A stretch of DNA of 64,000 bases from Eledone cirrhosa (taxonomy: Eukaryota), in assembly GCA_964016885.1 (NCBI GenBank), contig OZ024748.1, positions 41,664,001-41,728,000 of the forward strand, written 5' to 3'. Both the position numbers and the translations under genes were made by a program. Below are positions 1 through 13,300 of the stretch, piece by piece (positions within the stretch are counted from its first letter, which is position 1; every line of letters starts with the position of its first letter). The notes below the pieces were generated by a model. That model made no database searches and was not told the origin of the DNA. It worked only from the letters and a program-made list of their open reading frames with translations.

Positions 1-2480
1 TTAGGTCACTGTTCTATCAAGTGGTTTGGTAAAACAAAACAGTTATACCATTAGGTCACAGTTCTATCAAGTGGTTTGGTAAGAAAACAGTTATAACATT
101 AGGTCAGTTCTATCAAGTGGTTTGGTAAGAAAACCGTTATATCATTAGATCAGTTCTATCAAGTGGTTTAGTAAAAAAAAACAGTTATACCATTAGGTCA
201 GTTCTATCAAGTAGTTTGGTGAGAAAACAGTTATAACATTAGGTAGTTCTATCAAGTGGTTTGGTAAGAAAACAGTTATATCATTAGGTCACTGTTCTAT
301 CAAGTGGTTTGGTAAAACAAAACAGTTATACCATTAGGTCACTGTTCTATCAAGTGGTTTGGTAAAACAAAACAGTTATACCATTTGGTCACAGTTCTAT
401 CAAGTGGTTTGGTAAGAAAACAGTTATATCATTAGGTCAGTTCTATCAAGTGGTTTGGTAAGAAAACAGTTATATCATTAGGTCAGTTCTATCAAGTGGT
501 TTGGTATAAAAAAAAGTTATACCATTAGGTCAGTTCTATCAAGTGGTTTGGTAAGAAAACAGTTATATCACTAGGTCACTGTTCTATCAAGTGGTTTGAT
601 AAAACAAAACAGTTATACCATTAGGTCACAGCTCTATCAAGTGGTTTGGTAAGAAAACAGTTATATCATTAGATCAGTTCTATCAAGTGGTTTGGTAAAA
701 TAAAACAGTTATACCATTAGGTCAGTTCTATCAAGTGGTTTGGTAAGAAAACAGTTATAACATTAGGTCAGTTCTATGAAGTGGTTTGGTAAGAAAACAG
801 TTATATCATTAGGTCAGTTCTATCAAGTGGTTTGGTAAGAAAACAGTTATATCATTAGATCAGTTCTATCAAGTGGTTTGGTAAAACAAAACAGTTATAC
901 CATTAGGTCGCAGGTCTATCAAGTGGTTTGGTAAGAAAACAGTTATATCATTAGGTCACTGTTCTATCAAGTGGTTTGGTAAAACAAAACAGTTATACCA
1001 TTAGGTCAGTTCTATCAAGTGGTTTGGTAAGAAAACAGTTATAACATTAGGTCAGTTCTATCAAGTGGTTTGGTAAGTAAACAGTTATATCATTAGGTCA
1101 CATTTCTATCAAGTGGTTTAGTAAAAAAAACAGTTATACCATTAGGTCACAGTTCTATCAAGTAGTTTGGTAAGTAAACAGTTATAACATTAGGTCAGTT
1201 CTATCAAGTGGTTTGGTAAGAAAACAGTTATATCATTAGGTCACTGTTCTATCAAGTGGTTTGGTAAAACAAAACAGTTATACCATTAGGTCACTGTTCT
1301 ATCAAGTGGTTTGGTAAAACAAAACAGTTATAACATTTGGTCACAGTTCTATCAAGTGGTCTGGTAAGAAAACAGTTATATCATTAGGTCAGTTCTATCA
1401 AGTGGTTTGGTAAGAAAACAGTTATATCATTAGGTCAGTTCTATCAAGTGGTTTGGTAAGAAAACAGTTATATCATTAGGTCACTGTTCTATCAAGTGGT
1501 TTGGTAAAACAAAACAGTTATACCATTAGGTCAAGTTCTATCAAGTGGTTTGGTAAGAAAACAGTTATATCATTAGGTCAGTTCTATCAAGTGGTTTGGT
1601 AAGAAAACAGTTATATCATTAGGTCAGTTCTATCAAGTGGTTTGGTAAAACAAAACAGCTATACTATTAGGTCACAGTTCTATCAAGTGGTTTGGTAAGA
1701 AAACAGTTATAACATTAGGTCAGTTCTATAGAAGTGGTTTGGTAAGAAAACAGTTATAACATTAGGTCAGTTCTATCAAGTGGTTTGGTAAGAAAACAGT
1801 TATATCATTAGGTCACAGTTCTATCAAGTGGTTTGGTAAAACAAAACAGTTATACCATTAGGTCACAGTTCTATCAAGTGGTTTGGTAAGAAAACAGTTA
1901 TATCATTAGGTCACTGTTCTATCAAGTGGTTTGGTAAAACAAAACAGTTATACCATTAGGTCACAGTTCTATCAAGTGGTTTGGTAAGAAAACAGTTATA
2001 ACATTAGGTCAGTTCTATCAAGTGGTTTGGTAAGTAAACAGTTATAACATTAGGTCAGTTCTATCAAGTGGTTTGGTAAGAAAACAGTTTTATCATTAGG
2101 TCACTGTTCTATCAAGTGGTTTGGTAAGAAAACAGTTATACCATTAGGTCAGTTCTATCAAGTGGTTTGGTAAAACAAAACAGTTATAACATTAGGTCAC
2201 AGTTCTATCAAGTGGTTTGGTAAAAAAAAACAGTTATACCATTAGGTCACAGTTCTATCAAGTTGTTTGGTAAGTAAACAGTTATAACATTAGGTCAGTT
2301 CTATCAAGTGGTTTGGTAAGAAAACAGTTATATCATTAAGACACTGTTCTATCAAGTGGTTTGGTAAAACAAAACAGTTATACCATTAGGTCACAGTTCT
2401 ATCAAGTGGTTTGGTAAGAAAACAGTTATAACATTAGGTCAGTTCTATCAAGTGGTTTGGTGAGAAAACAGTTATAACAG
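1..2480. repeat. Tandem satellite, ~42-46 bp unit (GTTCTATCAAGTGGTTTGGTAAGAAAACAGTTATA[TC/CC/AC]ATTAGGTCA[CA/CT]); runs off the window start
   Basis: Directly visible tandem copies; ends ~23 nt from the donor of the 2504-2728 exon. Confidence 0.97.
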
Positions 2481-2503
2481 TTGCCGAGGAAGATTCCACT
2501 TAC

Positions 2504-2728
2504 ATTTCTTCTGATATTCATTGAGTAGATCAAAAAAACTGCGATGTGTCGATGAATCACTCATATTGACAAAGAACTTGCGATTGTCATCAGAAGTTAC
2601 ATTCTCCTCTTCTGTTTTATTAGCGTTGACACTGGCCGATTCTTTATAAATTGGGGTGACATCATTTAGGGCTGCTCGTTGGTGGATCATTAAATTGGTG
2701 TCAAGAATGACGTCACCAAACTCAATAC
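2504..2728 (-). CDS. REXO5: REXO5-like exon, last in window: (S)IEFGDVILDTNLMIHQ...FFDLLNEYQKK
   Basis: Donor AAAT|gtaagt at 2503. Acceptor ttccttttcgag|GT at 2729-2730, with an in-frame alternative tttccag at 2756-2757. Phase 1 joins the upstream exon to give KLKN-S-IEFGDVIL, which matches the sequence I recall after ExoIII in invertebrate REXO5. Confidence 0.85.
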
Positions 2729-2804
2729 CTCGAAAAGGAAGAGAATAAAACAATGCTGGAAACATCTCTTGATGAACACATATACAGGTTAATAAACTTT
2801 CAAG

Positions 2805-3275
2805 TATACAAGTAAACTGATATATAGGTAGACTGGTATATAGGTAGACTGGTATACAGGTAGGCTGGTATATAGGTAGACTGATATATAGGTAGACTGA
2901 TATATAGGTAGACTGGTATATAGGTAGACTGATATACAGGTAGACTGGTATATAGGTAGACTGGTATATAGGCAGACTGATATATAGGCAGACTGGTATA
3001 TAGGCAGACTGGTATATAGGTAGACTGGTATATAGGCAGACTGGTATATAGGCAGACTGGTATATAGGCAGACTGGTATATAGGTAGACTGGTATATAGG
3101 TAGACTAGTATATAGGTATGCTGGTATATAGGTATACTGGTATATAGGTAGACTAGTATATAGGTAGACTGGTATATAGGTAGACTGGTATATAGGTAGA
3201 CTGATATACAGGGAGACTGGTATATAGGTAGACTGATATACAGGTAGACTGGTATACAGGTAGACTGATATATAT
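2805..3275. repeat. 16-bp minisatellite (ACTGGTATATAGGTAG), left part
   Basis: Visible tandem copies; same unit resumes at 5329 after the LINE insertion. Confidence 0.95.
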
Positions 3276-5328
3276 AAATTTCTTTATTAGCCACAAGGGC
3301 ACAAAAGAAGGGGACAAATACAAATGGGGAGTTTACATACAGGTATATGAAAATAACACTATTAATACAATATCAAATAACAATTGAAATCCCCAATAGG
3401 GGGGATGTGTTACACACGGGTTGTACACACCCCGAAAAATTGAACAACCCTCATCTCCAGGAGCCCCAAGAGTGAGTACTCCCTTCCTCTCTTTCTCTTT
3501 TTCCTCAACCTACAGGCTTATATAGAGAGAAGGCCCAACCACTCGGGCCATCTTTGCCACATTCACCCACCTTTTAAAAAATTTGCTGGGGTACAGCACC
3601 TCTCTCTCCATCCTGATTCTTCTTCCAAAATGATATTTGAAAAAACGAATCAGTTGCTCGCCGGAGAGAAATGTGTCTAACCTCAGCCCCTTCAACCTCG
3701 TCCACCATATAACCTCTTTCACCATAGCCATAACACATAGAAAAACCGCCTCTCCCTCATTTTTGAAGGAGGGTGGCGGTTTGATCATGACAATGGACTC
3801 GGTGGTCAACTGGATTGGTCCCACCCGCGATAATAGTCGTTCTACATAGCCCCACAGGTCGGTAACGCCTGGGCCGTGTACAAATGCGTGTGCGACGGTC
3901 TCCTCGTCGCTCACGCATCTCGGACAGATCTTTTTCGAAGGGTTCCTACCCAGGCGCCCGTGTCTGTAGAGCTTGTCTCGAACTGGTAGAGCTCCTCGGT
4001 AGCACTGCCAGGCCAGGTACTTTTGGAAGTTGTCCATTGGTCCCGGGCGGAAGGTCCTACCGAACAGACTGGCCAGTTCATCCTCCTCTACGCTTAGCAT
4101 TTCTCCGAGCATGTCGTCGCACTTGCTGCGGCCCAACCCTCTATAGAATGTCGAAGTGGAGTCTCCACTGATCGCCGGGTCCGTTTGCCAGAGGACTGTG
4201 AGCGCCTGAGCACATTCGATATGGCAGTCGGCCATTTTCCTCGGTCTTTGCTTGACCCAGGACTGCAGCTCGGTCAGCAAGACGTGTCGTGAGAAGGCTC
4301 GCCTCACGAACGGGACCCACACCGATTGTTTGGTGAGGAATACGTGGAGGTTCCACAGCCTGAGCGCGTGTTTGCGCATCGTCAGCCACGGCACCCCCAG
4401 CCCTCCGTTGGAAGGGTGTTGGCAGTAGATGGATCTTCTCACCAAAGGAGCCCGTTTCTTCCAAAGGAATTGGAAGAGCGCGCGCTCCATTTTGGTGAGC
4501 GTTTTGGCTGGACAAGGTACAACGGTCAAATGGTAGTAGATGACGGACGCTATAAAAGTGTTCGCCACCTCTGCTCGACCTTTCAAGGATAGTTTGCACT
4601 CGGCCCACTTCTGGGTGAGAGCAAACACCTTGGCCATCACCTCGTTCCAGTCTTCTCCACCTGGAGGTCCGGACCAAACCAGACTCCGAACAGCTTTACC
4701 GGTCCTTCCGTCCGACGACGTCATCGGAAATCATCGGTTTGCCTCTCCACGTTCCGAGTTGCAAACCGACGGATTTGTCCTGGTTCAGCTTTGCTCCTAT
4801 GAACCTTTCGTATTCCTCCAGTAAGGTCAGATCTCCCAAATTTGCGAGGTGCTCGACACCATTACTGTCACGTCATCGGCGTAGGCTGGCGCCGCATTTC
4901 GCAGTCCCGGTTCCAAAGGGATGCCCTGCAATAGCTCTAACTTCCGCAATAGTGGCTCGAGAGTCAGTACATACCAGTTCCTTTTCGGTCTTATTTCTAT
5001 CTATCACTAATTCTTTACTAAAACCTATCGAGTCTAATCTAACTGCCCTCTTGAGAGAGTACCACCATCTGTTGTTGACAATGGCCCCTGTCAAGTGCTG
5101 GTTAACTAAAGTGCTAATCCGTCTACTGTAGGCTTTGCATGTTGGTAACGACAAGCTCAGCTTCCAGTAGCCGGGTCCCTGTCTATGGGTTTTGTCAAGG
5201 TTGACTGAGCAGGTCACTAATTTGTGATCTGAATAGGCAACCATGAACATTTGTGGACAGCTTAACATGTCCCTATCATTCTTTCTAACTAGAACCCTAT
5301 CTAGGTACGATCTAGATGTTCCGCTACG
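3276..5328 (-). mobile_element. L1/Tx1-type non-LTR retrotransposon, 5'-truncated and internally deleted ORF2, inserted into the 16-bp minisatellite
   Basis: APE endonuclease C-terminal motifs (YLDRVLV, SDHKLV, GPGYWKL). RT segment YVLTLEPLLR...YADD (4872-4883). GGLGVP motif and zf-RVT-like WQCYRGALPV...CPRC..EETVAH. AATAAA at 3283-3288 (minus strand) near the 3' end. Confidence 0.9.
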
Positions 5329-6025
5329 ATATAGGTAGACTGATATATAGGTAGACTGGTATATAGGTAGACTGGTATATAGGTAGATTGATATATAGGT
5401 AGACTGATATACAGGTAGACTGGTATATAGGTAGACTGATATACAGGTAGACTGGTATATAGGTAGACTGGTATATAGGTAGACTGGTATATAGGTAGAC
5501 TGATATATAGGTAGACTGATATACAGGTAGACTGGTATATAGGTAGACTGATATACAGGTAGACTGGTATACAGGTAGACTGATATGTAGGTAAATTGGT
5601 ATACAGGTAGACATATATAGGAAGACTGGTATATAGGTAGACTGATATACAGGTAGACTGGTATATAGGTAGACTGATATGCAGGTAGACTGGTATATAG
5701 GTAGACTGGTATATAGGTAGACTGATATATAGGTAGACTGATATACAGGTAGACTGGTATATAGGTAGACTGGTATATAAGTAGACTGATATACAGGTAG
5801 ACTGGTATACAGGTAGACTGATATATAGGTAGACTGGTATACAGGTAGACTGATATGTAGGTAGATTGGTATACAGGTAGACATATATAGGAAGACTGGT
5901 ATATAGGTAGACTGATATACAGGTAGACTGGTATATAGGTAGATTGGTATACAGGTAGACTGGTATACAGGTAGACTGATATATAGGTAGACTGGTATAC
6001 AGGTAGACTAGTATATAGGTAATTG
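5329..6025. repeat. 16-bp minisatellite, right part
   Basis: Same unit as 2805-3275. Confidence 0.95.
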
Positions 6026-6035
6026 AATGTACAGC

Positions 6036-6565
6036 ATCAACACCACCACCACCACCAACAACACAACCACAACCACCACAACCACCACCAACACAACCAC
6101 CACCACCATCAACACAACCACCACCAGAATCACCACAACCACCACCACCACAACCAACACCACCAACAAAACCACCACCACCACCAACAACTACATCATC
6201 AGCAATAACACCACCACCACCAACAACAACTACACCATCAGCAATAACACCACCACCACCACCACCAGCAACACAACCACCACCAACACCACCAACAACA
6301 ACTACACCATCAGCAATAACACCACCACCACCACCAACAACAACTACACCATCAGCAATAACACCACCACCACCACCAACAACAACTACACCATCAGCAA
6401 TAACACCACCACCACCAACAACAACTACACCATCAGCAATAACACCACCACCACCAACAACAACTACACCATCAGCAATAACACCACCACCACCACCAAC
6501 AACAACAACAACTACACCATCAGCAATAACACCACTGCCACCAACACCCCCACCACCAGCAACAT
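6036..6565. repeat. (ACC/AAC)n trinucleotide tract with a ~33-39 bp higher-order unit (AACAACTACACCATCAGCAATAACACCACCACC)
   Basis: Visible; abuts the donor at 6572. Confidence 0.93.
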
Positions 6566-6572
6566 CACTTAC

Positions 6573-6661
6573 TGTTCTTCAGTTTTAGCTGCACCAATTG
6601 CAGACTGGCAGTTGCATCTTCTACTGAGTTGTGACCATTGTCTCCAGTTTGGATCTGTTTA
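6573..6661 (-). CDS. REXO5: REXO5-like exon with ExoIII motif: KQIQTGDNGHNSVEDATASLQLVQLKLKN
   Basis: Acceptor tttctgttttatttcatag|T and donor ACA|gtaagt; 89 nt, phase 2 to 1; GHxSxED is the DEDDh ExoIII motif. Confidence 0.95.
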
Positions 6662-6664
6662 CTA

Positions 6665-6830
6665 TGAAATAAAACAGAAATGAGACAGGGATAAAACAGA
6701 AATAGGATATTGATAAAACAGAAATAAGGCAGAGATAAAACAAATAAAATGGAGATAAAACTGGGATAAAGCAGGAATAAAACAGAAATAAAGCTGAGAT
6801 GAAACAGAAATAAAACAGAAATAGATGAAA
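6665..6830. repeat. Degenerate ~11-bp repeats (ATAAAACAGAA) that are copies of the exon's polypyrimidine tract (TTCTGTTTTAT on minus)
   Basis: Repeated motif contiguous with the acceptor at 6662. Confidence 0.7.
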
Positions 6831-6879
6831 GATTTCGGCAAATTTTTCAGATTTTACTTATTTATTCAAGAACTTGCTT

Positions 6880-7285
6880 ACTGAGTGTGGAGTGCTACTT
6901 TACTGAGTGTGGAGTGTTACAAGCTTCACTCTATGTGGAGTGCTACTTCACTGAGTGTGGAGTGTTACAAGCTTCACTCTATGTGGAGTACTACTTCACT
7001 GAGTGTGGAGTGTTACAAGCTTCACTCTATGTGGAGTGCTACTTCAGTGAGTGTGGAGTGCTACTTAATGAGTGTGGAGTGTTACAAGCTTCACTGTATG
7101 TGCAGTGCTACTTTACCGAGTGTGGAGTGTTACAAGCTTCACTCTATGTGGAGTGCTACTTCAGTGAGTGTGGAGTGCTTCTTAATGAGTGTGGAGTGTT
7201 ACAAGCTTCACTGTATGTGCAGTGCTACTTTACCGAGTGTGGAGTGTTAGAAGCTTCACTCTATGTGGAGTGTTACTTCACTCCA
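6880..7285. repeat. 48-bp minisatellite (CTGAGTGTGGAGTGTTACAAGCTTCACTCTATGTGGAGTGCTACTTCA)
   Basis: About 7-8 visible copies with partial internal duplications. Confidence 0.93.
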
Positions 7286-7364
7286 GGTGTGAGATCAGAT
7301 GAATGACAGGTCCACAACAAAGTTGTTTGGTGTATGAAACTAATTTCTTTTTACCTTTAAAGAG

Positions 7365-10300
7365 ATGTGGTGATGGTGATGGTGGTGATGGTGATGATGG
7401 CGATGGTGGTGATGGTGGGGTTGGTGATGATGGTGATAGTGGTGGTGATGGTGATGATGGTGGTGGTGATGGTGGTGATGGTAATGATGGTGGTGATGGT
7501 GGTGGTGGTGAAGGTGTTCATGGTGGTGTTGATGGTGGTGGTGGTGTTGATGGTGGTGGTGATGGTGTTGATGGTGGCGGTGGTGATGGTGTTGATAATG
7601 ATGGTGGTGGTAGTGATGGTGGTGATGGTGTTGATGGTGGTGGTATTGATGGTGGTGGTGGTGATGGTGATGATGTTGATGGTGATGGTGGTGATGGTAG
7701 TGATGGTAGTGATGACAGTGATGGCAGTGATGGTAGTGATGACAGTGATGGTAGTGATGGCAGTGATGACAGTGATGGCAGTGATGGTAGTGATGACAGT
7801 GATGGTAGTGATGACAGTGATGACAGTGATGGTAGTGATGGCAGTGATGGTAGTGATGACAGTGATGACAGTGATGACAGTGATGGTAGTGATGGTAGTG
7901 ATGGCAGTGATGGTAGTGATGGTAGTGATGACAGTGATGGTAGTGATGGCAGTGATGACAGTGATGGCAGTGATGGCAGTGATGGCAGTGATGTTAGTGA
8001 TGGTAGTGATGACAGTGATGACAGTGATGGCAGTGATGGCAGTGATGACAGTGATGGTAGTGATGGCAGTGATGACAGTGATGATAGTGATGGCTGTGAT
8101 GACAGTGATGGTAGTGATGACAGTGAGGGTAGTGATGAGTGATGGCAGTGATGGTAGTGATGACAGTGATGGTAGTGATGAGTGATGACAGTGATGGTAG
8201 TGATGACAGTGATGACAGTGATGGTAGTGATGGCAGTGATGACAGTGATGGTAGTGATGACAGTGATGGTAGTGATGGCAGTGATGGTAGTGAAGACAGT
8301 GATGGCAGTGATGACAGTGATGACAGTGATGGTAGTGATGGCAGTGATGACAGTGATGGTAGTGATGACAGTGATGGTAGTGATGGCAGTGACGACAGTG
8401 ATGGCAGTGATGACAGTGATGGTAGTGATGGCAGTGATGGTAGTGATGACAGTGATGGTAGTGATGACAGTGATGGTAGTGATGACAGTGATGGTAGTGA
8501 TGACTGATGACAGTGATGGTAGTGATGGCAGTGATGGTAGTGATGACAGTGATGGTAGTGATGACAGTGATGGTAGTGATGACAGTGATGGCAGTGATGG
8601 TAGTGATGGCAGTGATGGTAGTGATGGTAGTGATGGTAGTGATGGCAGTGATGGTAGTGATGACAGTGATGGCAGTGATGGTAGTGATGGTAGTGATGAC
8701 AGTGATGGTAGTGATGACAGTGATGGTAGTGATGGTAGTGATGGTAGTGATGACAGTGATGGTAGTGATGACAGTGATGGTAGTGATGGCAGTGATGGTA
8801 GTGATGACAGTGATGGCAGTGATGGCAGTGATGGCAGTGATGACAGTGATGACAGTGATGGTAGTGATGACAGTGATGGTAGTGATGACAGTGATGGTAG
8901 TGATGACAGTGATGGTAGTGATGGTAGTGATGACAGTGATGGTAGTGATGACAGTGATGGTAGTGATGGTAGTGATGACAGTGATGGTAGTGATGGTAGT
9001 GATGACAGTGATGGTAGTGATGGTAGTGATGGCAGTGATGACAGTGATGGTAGTGATGGCAGTGATGGTAGTGATGACAGTGATGGTAGTGATGGCAGTG
9101 ATGACAGTGATGGTAGTGATGGCAGTGATGGTAGTGATGACAGTGATGGTAGTGATGACAGTGATGGTAGTGATGGCAGTGATGACAGTGATGGTAGTGA
9201 TGACAGTGATGGTAGTGATAAGAGTGATGGTAGTGATGAGAGTGATGGTAGTAATGGCAGTGATGGTAGTGATGGCAGTGATGGCAGTGATGGTAGTGAT
9301 GGTAGTGATGACAGTGATGGTAGTGATGGCAGTGATGGTAGTGATGACAGTGATGGTAGTGATGGTAGTGATGACAGTGATGGTAGTGATGGCAGTGATG
9401 GTAGTGATGGTAGTGATGACAGTGATGGTAGTGATGGCAGTGATAGTAGTGATGACAGTGATGGTAGTGATGACAGTGATGGTAGTGATGGCAGTGATGG
9501 TAGTGATGGTAGTGATGGTAGTGATGACAGTGATGGCAGTGATGGTAGAGATGACAGTGATGATAGTGATGGCAGTGATGGTAGTGATGACAGTGATGGT
9601 AGTGATGGCAGTGATGGTAGTGATGGCAGTGATGGTAGTGATGGTAGTGATGACAGTGATGACAGTGATGGTAGTGATGACAGTGATGGTAGTGATGGTA
9701 GTGATGGTAGTGATGGTAGTGATGGCAGTGATGGGAGTGATGACAGTGATGGCAGTGATGGTAGTGATGACAGTGATGGTAGTGATGGTAGTGATGGCAG
9801 TGATGGGAGTGATGGGAGTGATGACAGTGATGGCAGTGATGGTAGTGATGGTAGTGATGGCAGTGGTGACAGTGATGGTAGTGATGGCAGTGATGGGAGT
9901 GATGACAGTGATGGTAGTGATGGCAGTGATGGTAGTGATGGTAGTGATGGTAGTGATGGCAGTGATGGTAGTGATGGTAGTGATGGCAGTGATGGTAGTG
10001 ATGGTAGTGATGGCAGTGATGGTAGTGATGGCAGTGGTGACAGTGATGGTAGTGATGACAGTGATGGGAGTGATGACAGTGATGGTAGTGATGGTAGTGA
10101 TGGGAGTGATGACAGTGATGGTAGTGATGGTAGTGATGGTAGTGGTGACAGTGATGGTAGTGATGGCAGTGATGGGAGTGATGACAGTGATGGTAGTGAT
10201 GGTAGTGATGGTAGTGGTGACAGTGATGGTAGTGATGGCAGTGATGGCAGTGATGAGTGATGGTAGTGATGGTAGTGATGGTAGTGATGACAGTGATGAC

Positions 10301-13300
10301 AGTGATGGTAGTGATGGTAGTGATGGCAGTGATGGTAGTGATGGCAGTGATGGTAGTGATGGTAGTGATGACAGTGATGACAGTGATGGTAGTGATGGCA
10401 GTGGTGACAGTGATGGTAGTGATGACAGTGATGGTAGTGATGGCAGTGATGGTAGTGATGACAGTGATGGTAGTGATGGTAGTGATGACAGTGATGGTAG
10501 TGATGGTAGTGATGACAGTGATGGTAGTGATGACAGTGATGGTAGTGATGACAGTGGTGACAGTGATGGTAGTGATGACAGTGATGACAGTGATGGCAGT
10601 GATGGTAGTGATGGTAGTGATGACAGTGATGGTAGTGATGGTAGTGATGGCAGTGATGGCAGTGATGGTAGTGATGGTAGTGATGGCAGTGATGGTAGTG
10701 ATGGCAGTGATGGTAGTGATGGCAGTGATGGCAGTGGTGACAGTGGTGACAGTGATGGTAGTGATGGTAGTGATGGTAGTGATGGTAGTGATGACAGTGA
10801 TGGTAGTGATGACAGTGATGGTAGTGATGGTAGTGATGACAGTGATGGTAGTGATGGTAGTGATGACAGTGATGGTAGTGATGACAGTGATGGCAGTGAT
10901 GGTAGTGATGGTAGTGATGGCAGTGATGGTAGTGATGGTAGTGATGGCAGTGATGGTAGTGATGACAGTGATGGTAGTGATGACAGTGATGGTAGTGATG
11001 GCAGTGATGGTAGTGATGGTAGTGATGACAGTGATGGTAGTGATGACAGTGATGGCAGTGATGGCAGTGATGGTAGTGATGGCAGTGATGGTAGTGATGG
11101 TAGTGATGAGTGATGGCAGTGATGGCAGTGATGGTAGTGATGGCAGTGATGGCAGTGATGGTAGTGATGACAGTGGTGACAGTGATGGTAGTGATGGCAG
11201 TGATGGTAGTGATGGCAGTGATGGCAGTGATGACAGTGATGACAGTGATGGTAGTGATGGTAGTGATGGCAGTGGTGACAGTGATGGTAGTGATGGCAGT
11301 GATGGTAGTGATGGCAGTGATGGTAGTGATGGTAGTGATGGCAGTGATGGTAGTGATGACAGTGGTGACAGTGATGGTAGTGATGGTAGTGATGGTAGTG
11401 ATGACAGTGATGGTAGTGATGACAGTGATGACAGTGATGGTAGTGATGGCAGTGATGGTAGTGATGACAGTGATGGCAGTGATGGTAGTGATGGTAGTGA
11501 TGACAGTGGTGACAGTGATGGTAGTGATGGTAGTGATGGCAGTGATGGTAGTGATGACAGTGGTGACAGTGATGGTAGTGATGGTAGTGATGGTAGTGAT
11601 GACAGTGATGGTAGTGATGACAGTGATGACAGTGATGGTAGTGATGGTAGTGATGGTAGTGATGGCAGTGATGGTAGTGATGACAGTGATGGTAGTGATG
11701 GTAGTGATGACAGTGATGGTAGTGATGGCAGTGATGGTAGTGATGGTAGTGATGACAGTGATGGTAGTGATGGTAGTGATGGTAGTGATGGCAGTGATGG
11801 TAGTGATGACAGTGATGGTAGTGATGACAGTGATGGTAGTGATGACAGTGATGACAGTGATGGCAGTGATGGTAGTGATGGCAGTGATGGCAGTGATGGT
11901 AGTGATGGTAGTTATGGTAGTGATGGCAGTGATGGTAGTGATGACAGTGATGGTAGTGATGGTAGTGATGACAGTGATGGCAGTGATGGTAGTGATGGTA
12001 GTGATGACAGTGATGGTAGTGATGGCAGTGATGGTAGTGATGGTAGTGATGACAGTGATGGTAGTGATGGCAGTGATGAGTGATGGTAGTGATGGCAGTG
12101 ATGGCAGTGATGACAGTGATGACAGTGATGGTAGTGATGGTAGTGATGACAGTGATGGCAGTGATGACAGTGATGGCAGTGATGGTAGTGATGGCAGTGA
12201 TGGTAGTGATGGTAGTGATGACAGTGATGACAGTGATGACAGTGATGGCAGTGATGGTAGTGATGGTAGTGATGGTAGTGATGGCAGTGATGGTAGTGAT
12301 GGTAGTGATGGTAGTGATGACAGTGATGGTAGTGATGACAGTGATGACAGTGATGGTAGTGATGGCAGTGATGGTAGTGATGGCAGTGATCGTAGTGATG
12401 GTAGTGATGGTAGTGATGACAGTGGTGACAGTGGTGACAGTGATGGTAGTGATGACAGTGATGGTAGTGATGACAGTGGTGACAGTGATGGTAGTGATGA
12501 CAGTGGTGACAGTGATGGCAGTGATGGTAGTGATGGTAGTGATGACAGTGATGGCAGTGATGACAGTGATGGTAGTGATGACAGTGGTGACAGTGATGGC
12601 AGTGATGGTAGTGATGGTAGTGATGACAGTGATGGCAGTGATGACAGTGGTGACAGTGATGGCAGTGATGGTAGTGATGGTAGTGATGACAGTGATGGCA
12701 GTGATGGTAGTGATGACAGTGATGGCAGTGATGGCAGTGATGGCAGTGATGACAGTGATGGCAGTGATGGCAGTGATGGCAGTGATGACAGTGATGGCAG
12801 TGATGACAGTGATGACAGTGATGGTAGTGATGACAGTGATGACAGTGATGACAGTGATGACAGTGATGACAGTGATGGCAGTGATGACAGTGATGGCAGT
12901 GATGGCAGTGATGACAGTGATGACAGTGATGGTAGTGATGACAGTGGTGAGTGATGGTAGTGATGACAGTGATGGCAGTGATGGTAGTGATGACAGTGAT
13001 GGCAGTGATGGTAGTGATGACAGTGATGGTAGTGATGGTAGTGATGGCAGTGATGGTAGTGATGGCAGTGATGGTAGTGATGACAGTGATGGTAGTGATG
13101 GCAGTGATGGTAGTGATGACAGTGATGGTAGTGATGACAGTGATGGTAGTGATGACAGTGATGGTAGTGATGACAGTGATGGTAGTGATGACAGTGATGG
13201 TAGTGATGACAGTGGTGACAGTGATGGTAGTGATGACAGTGATGGCAGTGATGGTAGTGATGACAGTGATGGCAGTGATGGTAGTGATGACAGTGATGGT

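Noticed and set aside
1-2480. 43-bp satellite as another amplified true acceptor (gene strand CTAAT…TTTTCTT…GATAG|AAC)
   Set aside because: Joining the phase-1 exon end (T) to AAC gives TAA, so it is unlikely to be the next coding exon start; the far end is outside the window
2800-7306. ORFs YQSTYIPVYL…, poly-T/N, poly-H and VECY repeats
   Set aside because: These are translations of 16-, 3- and 48-bp repeats with no exon signals
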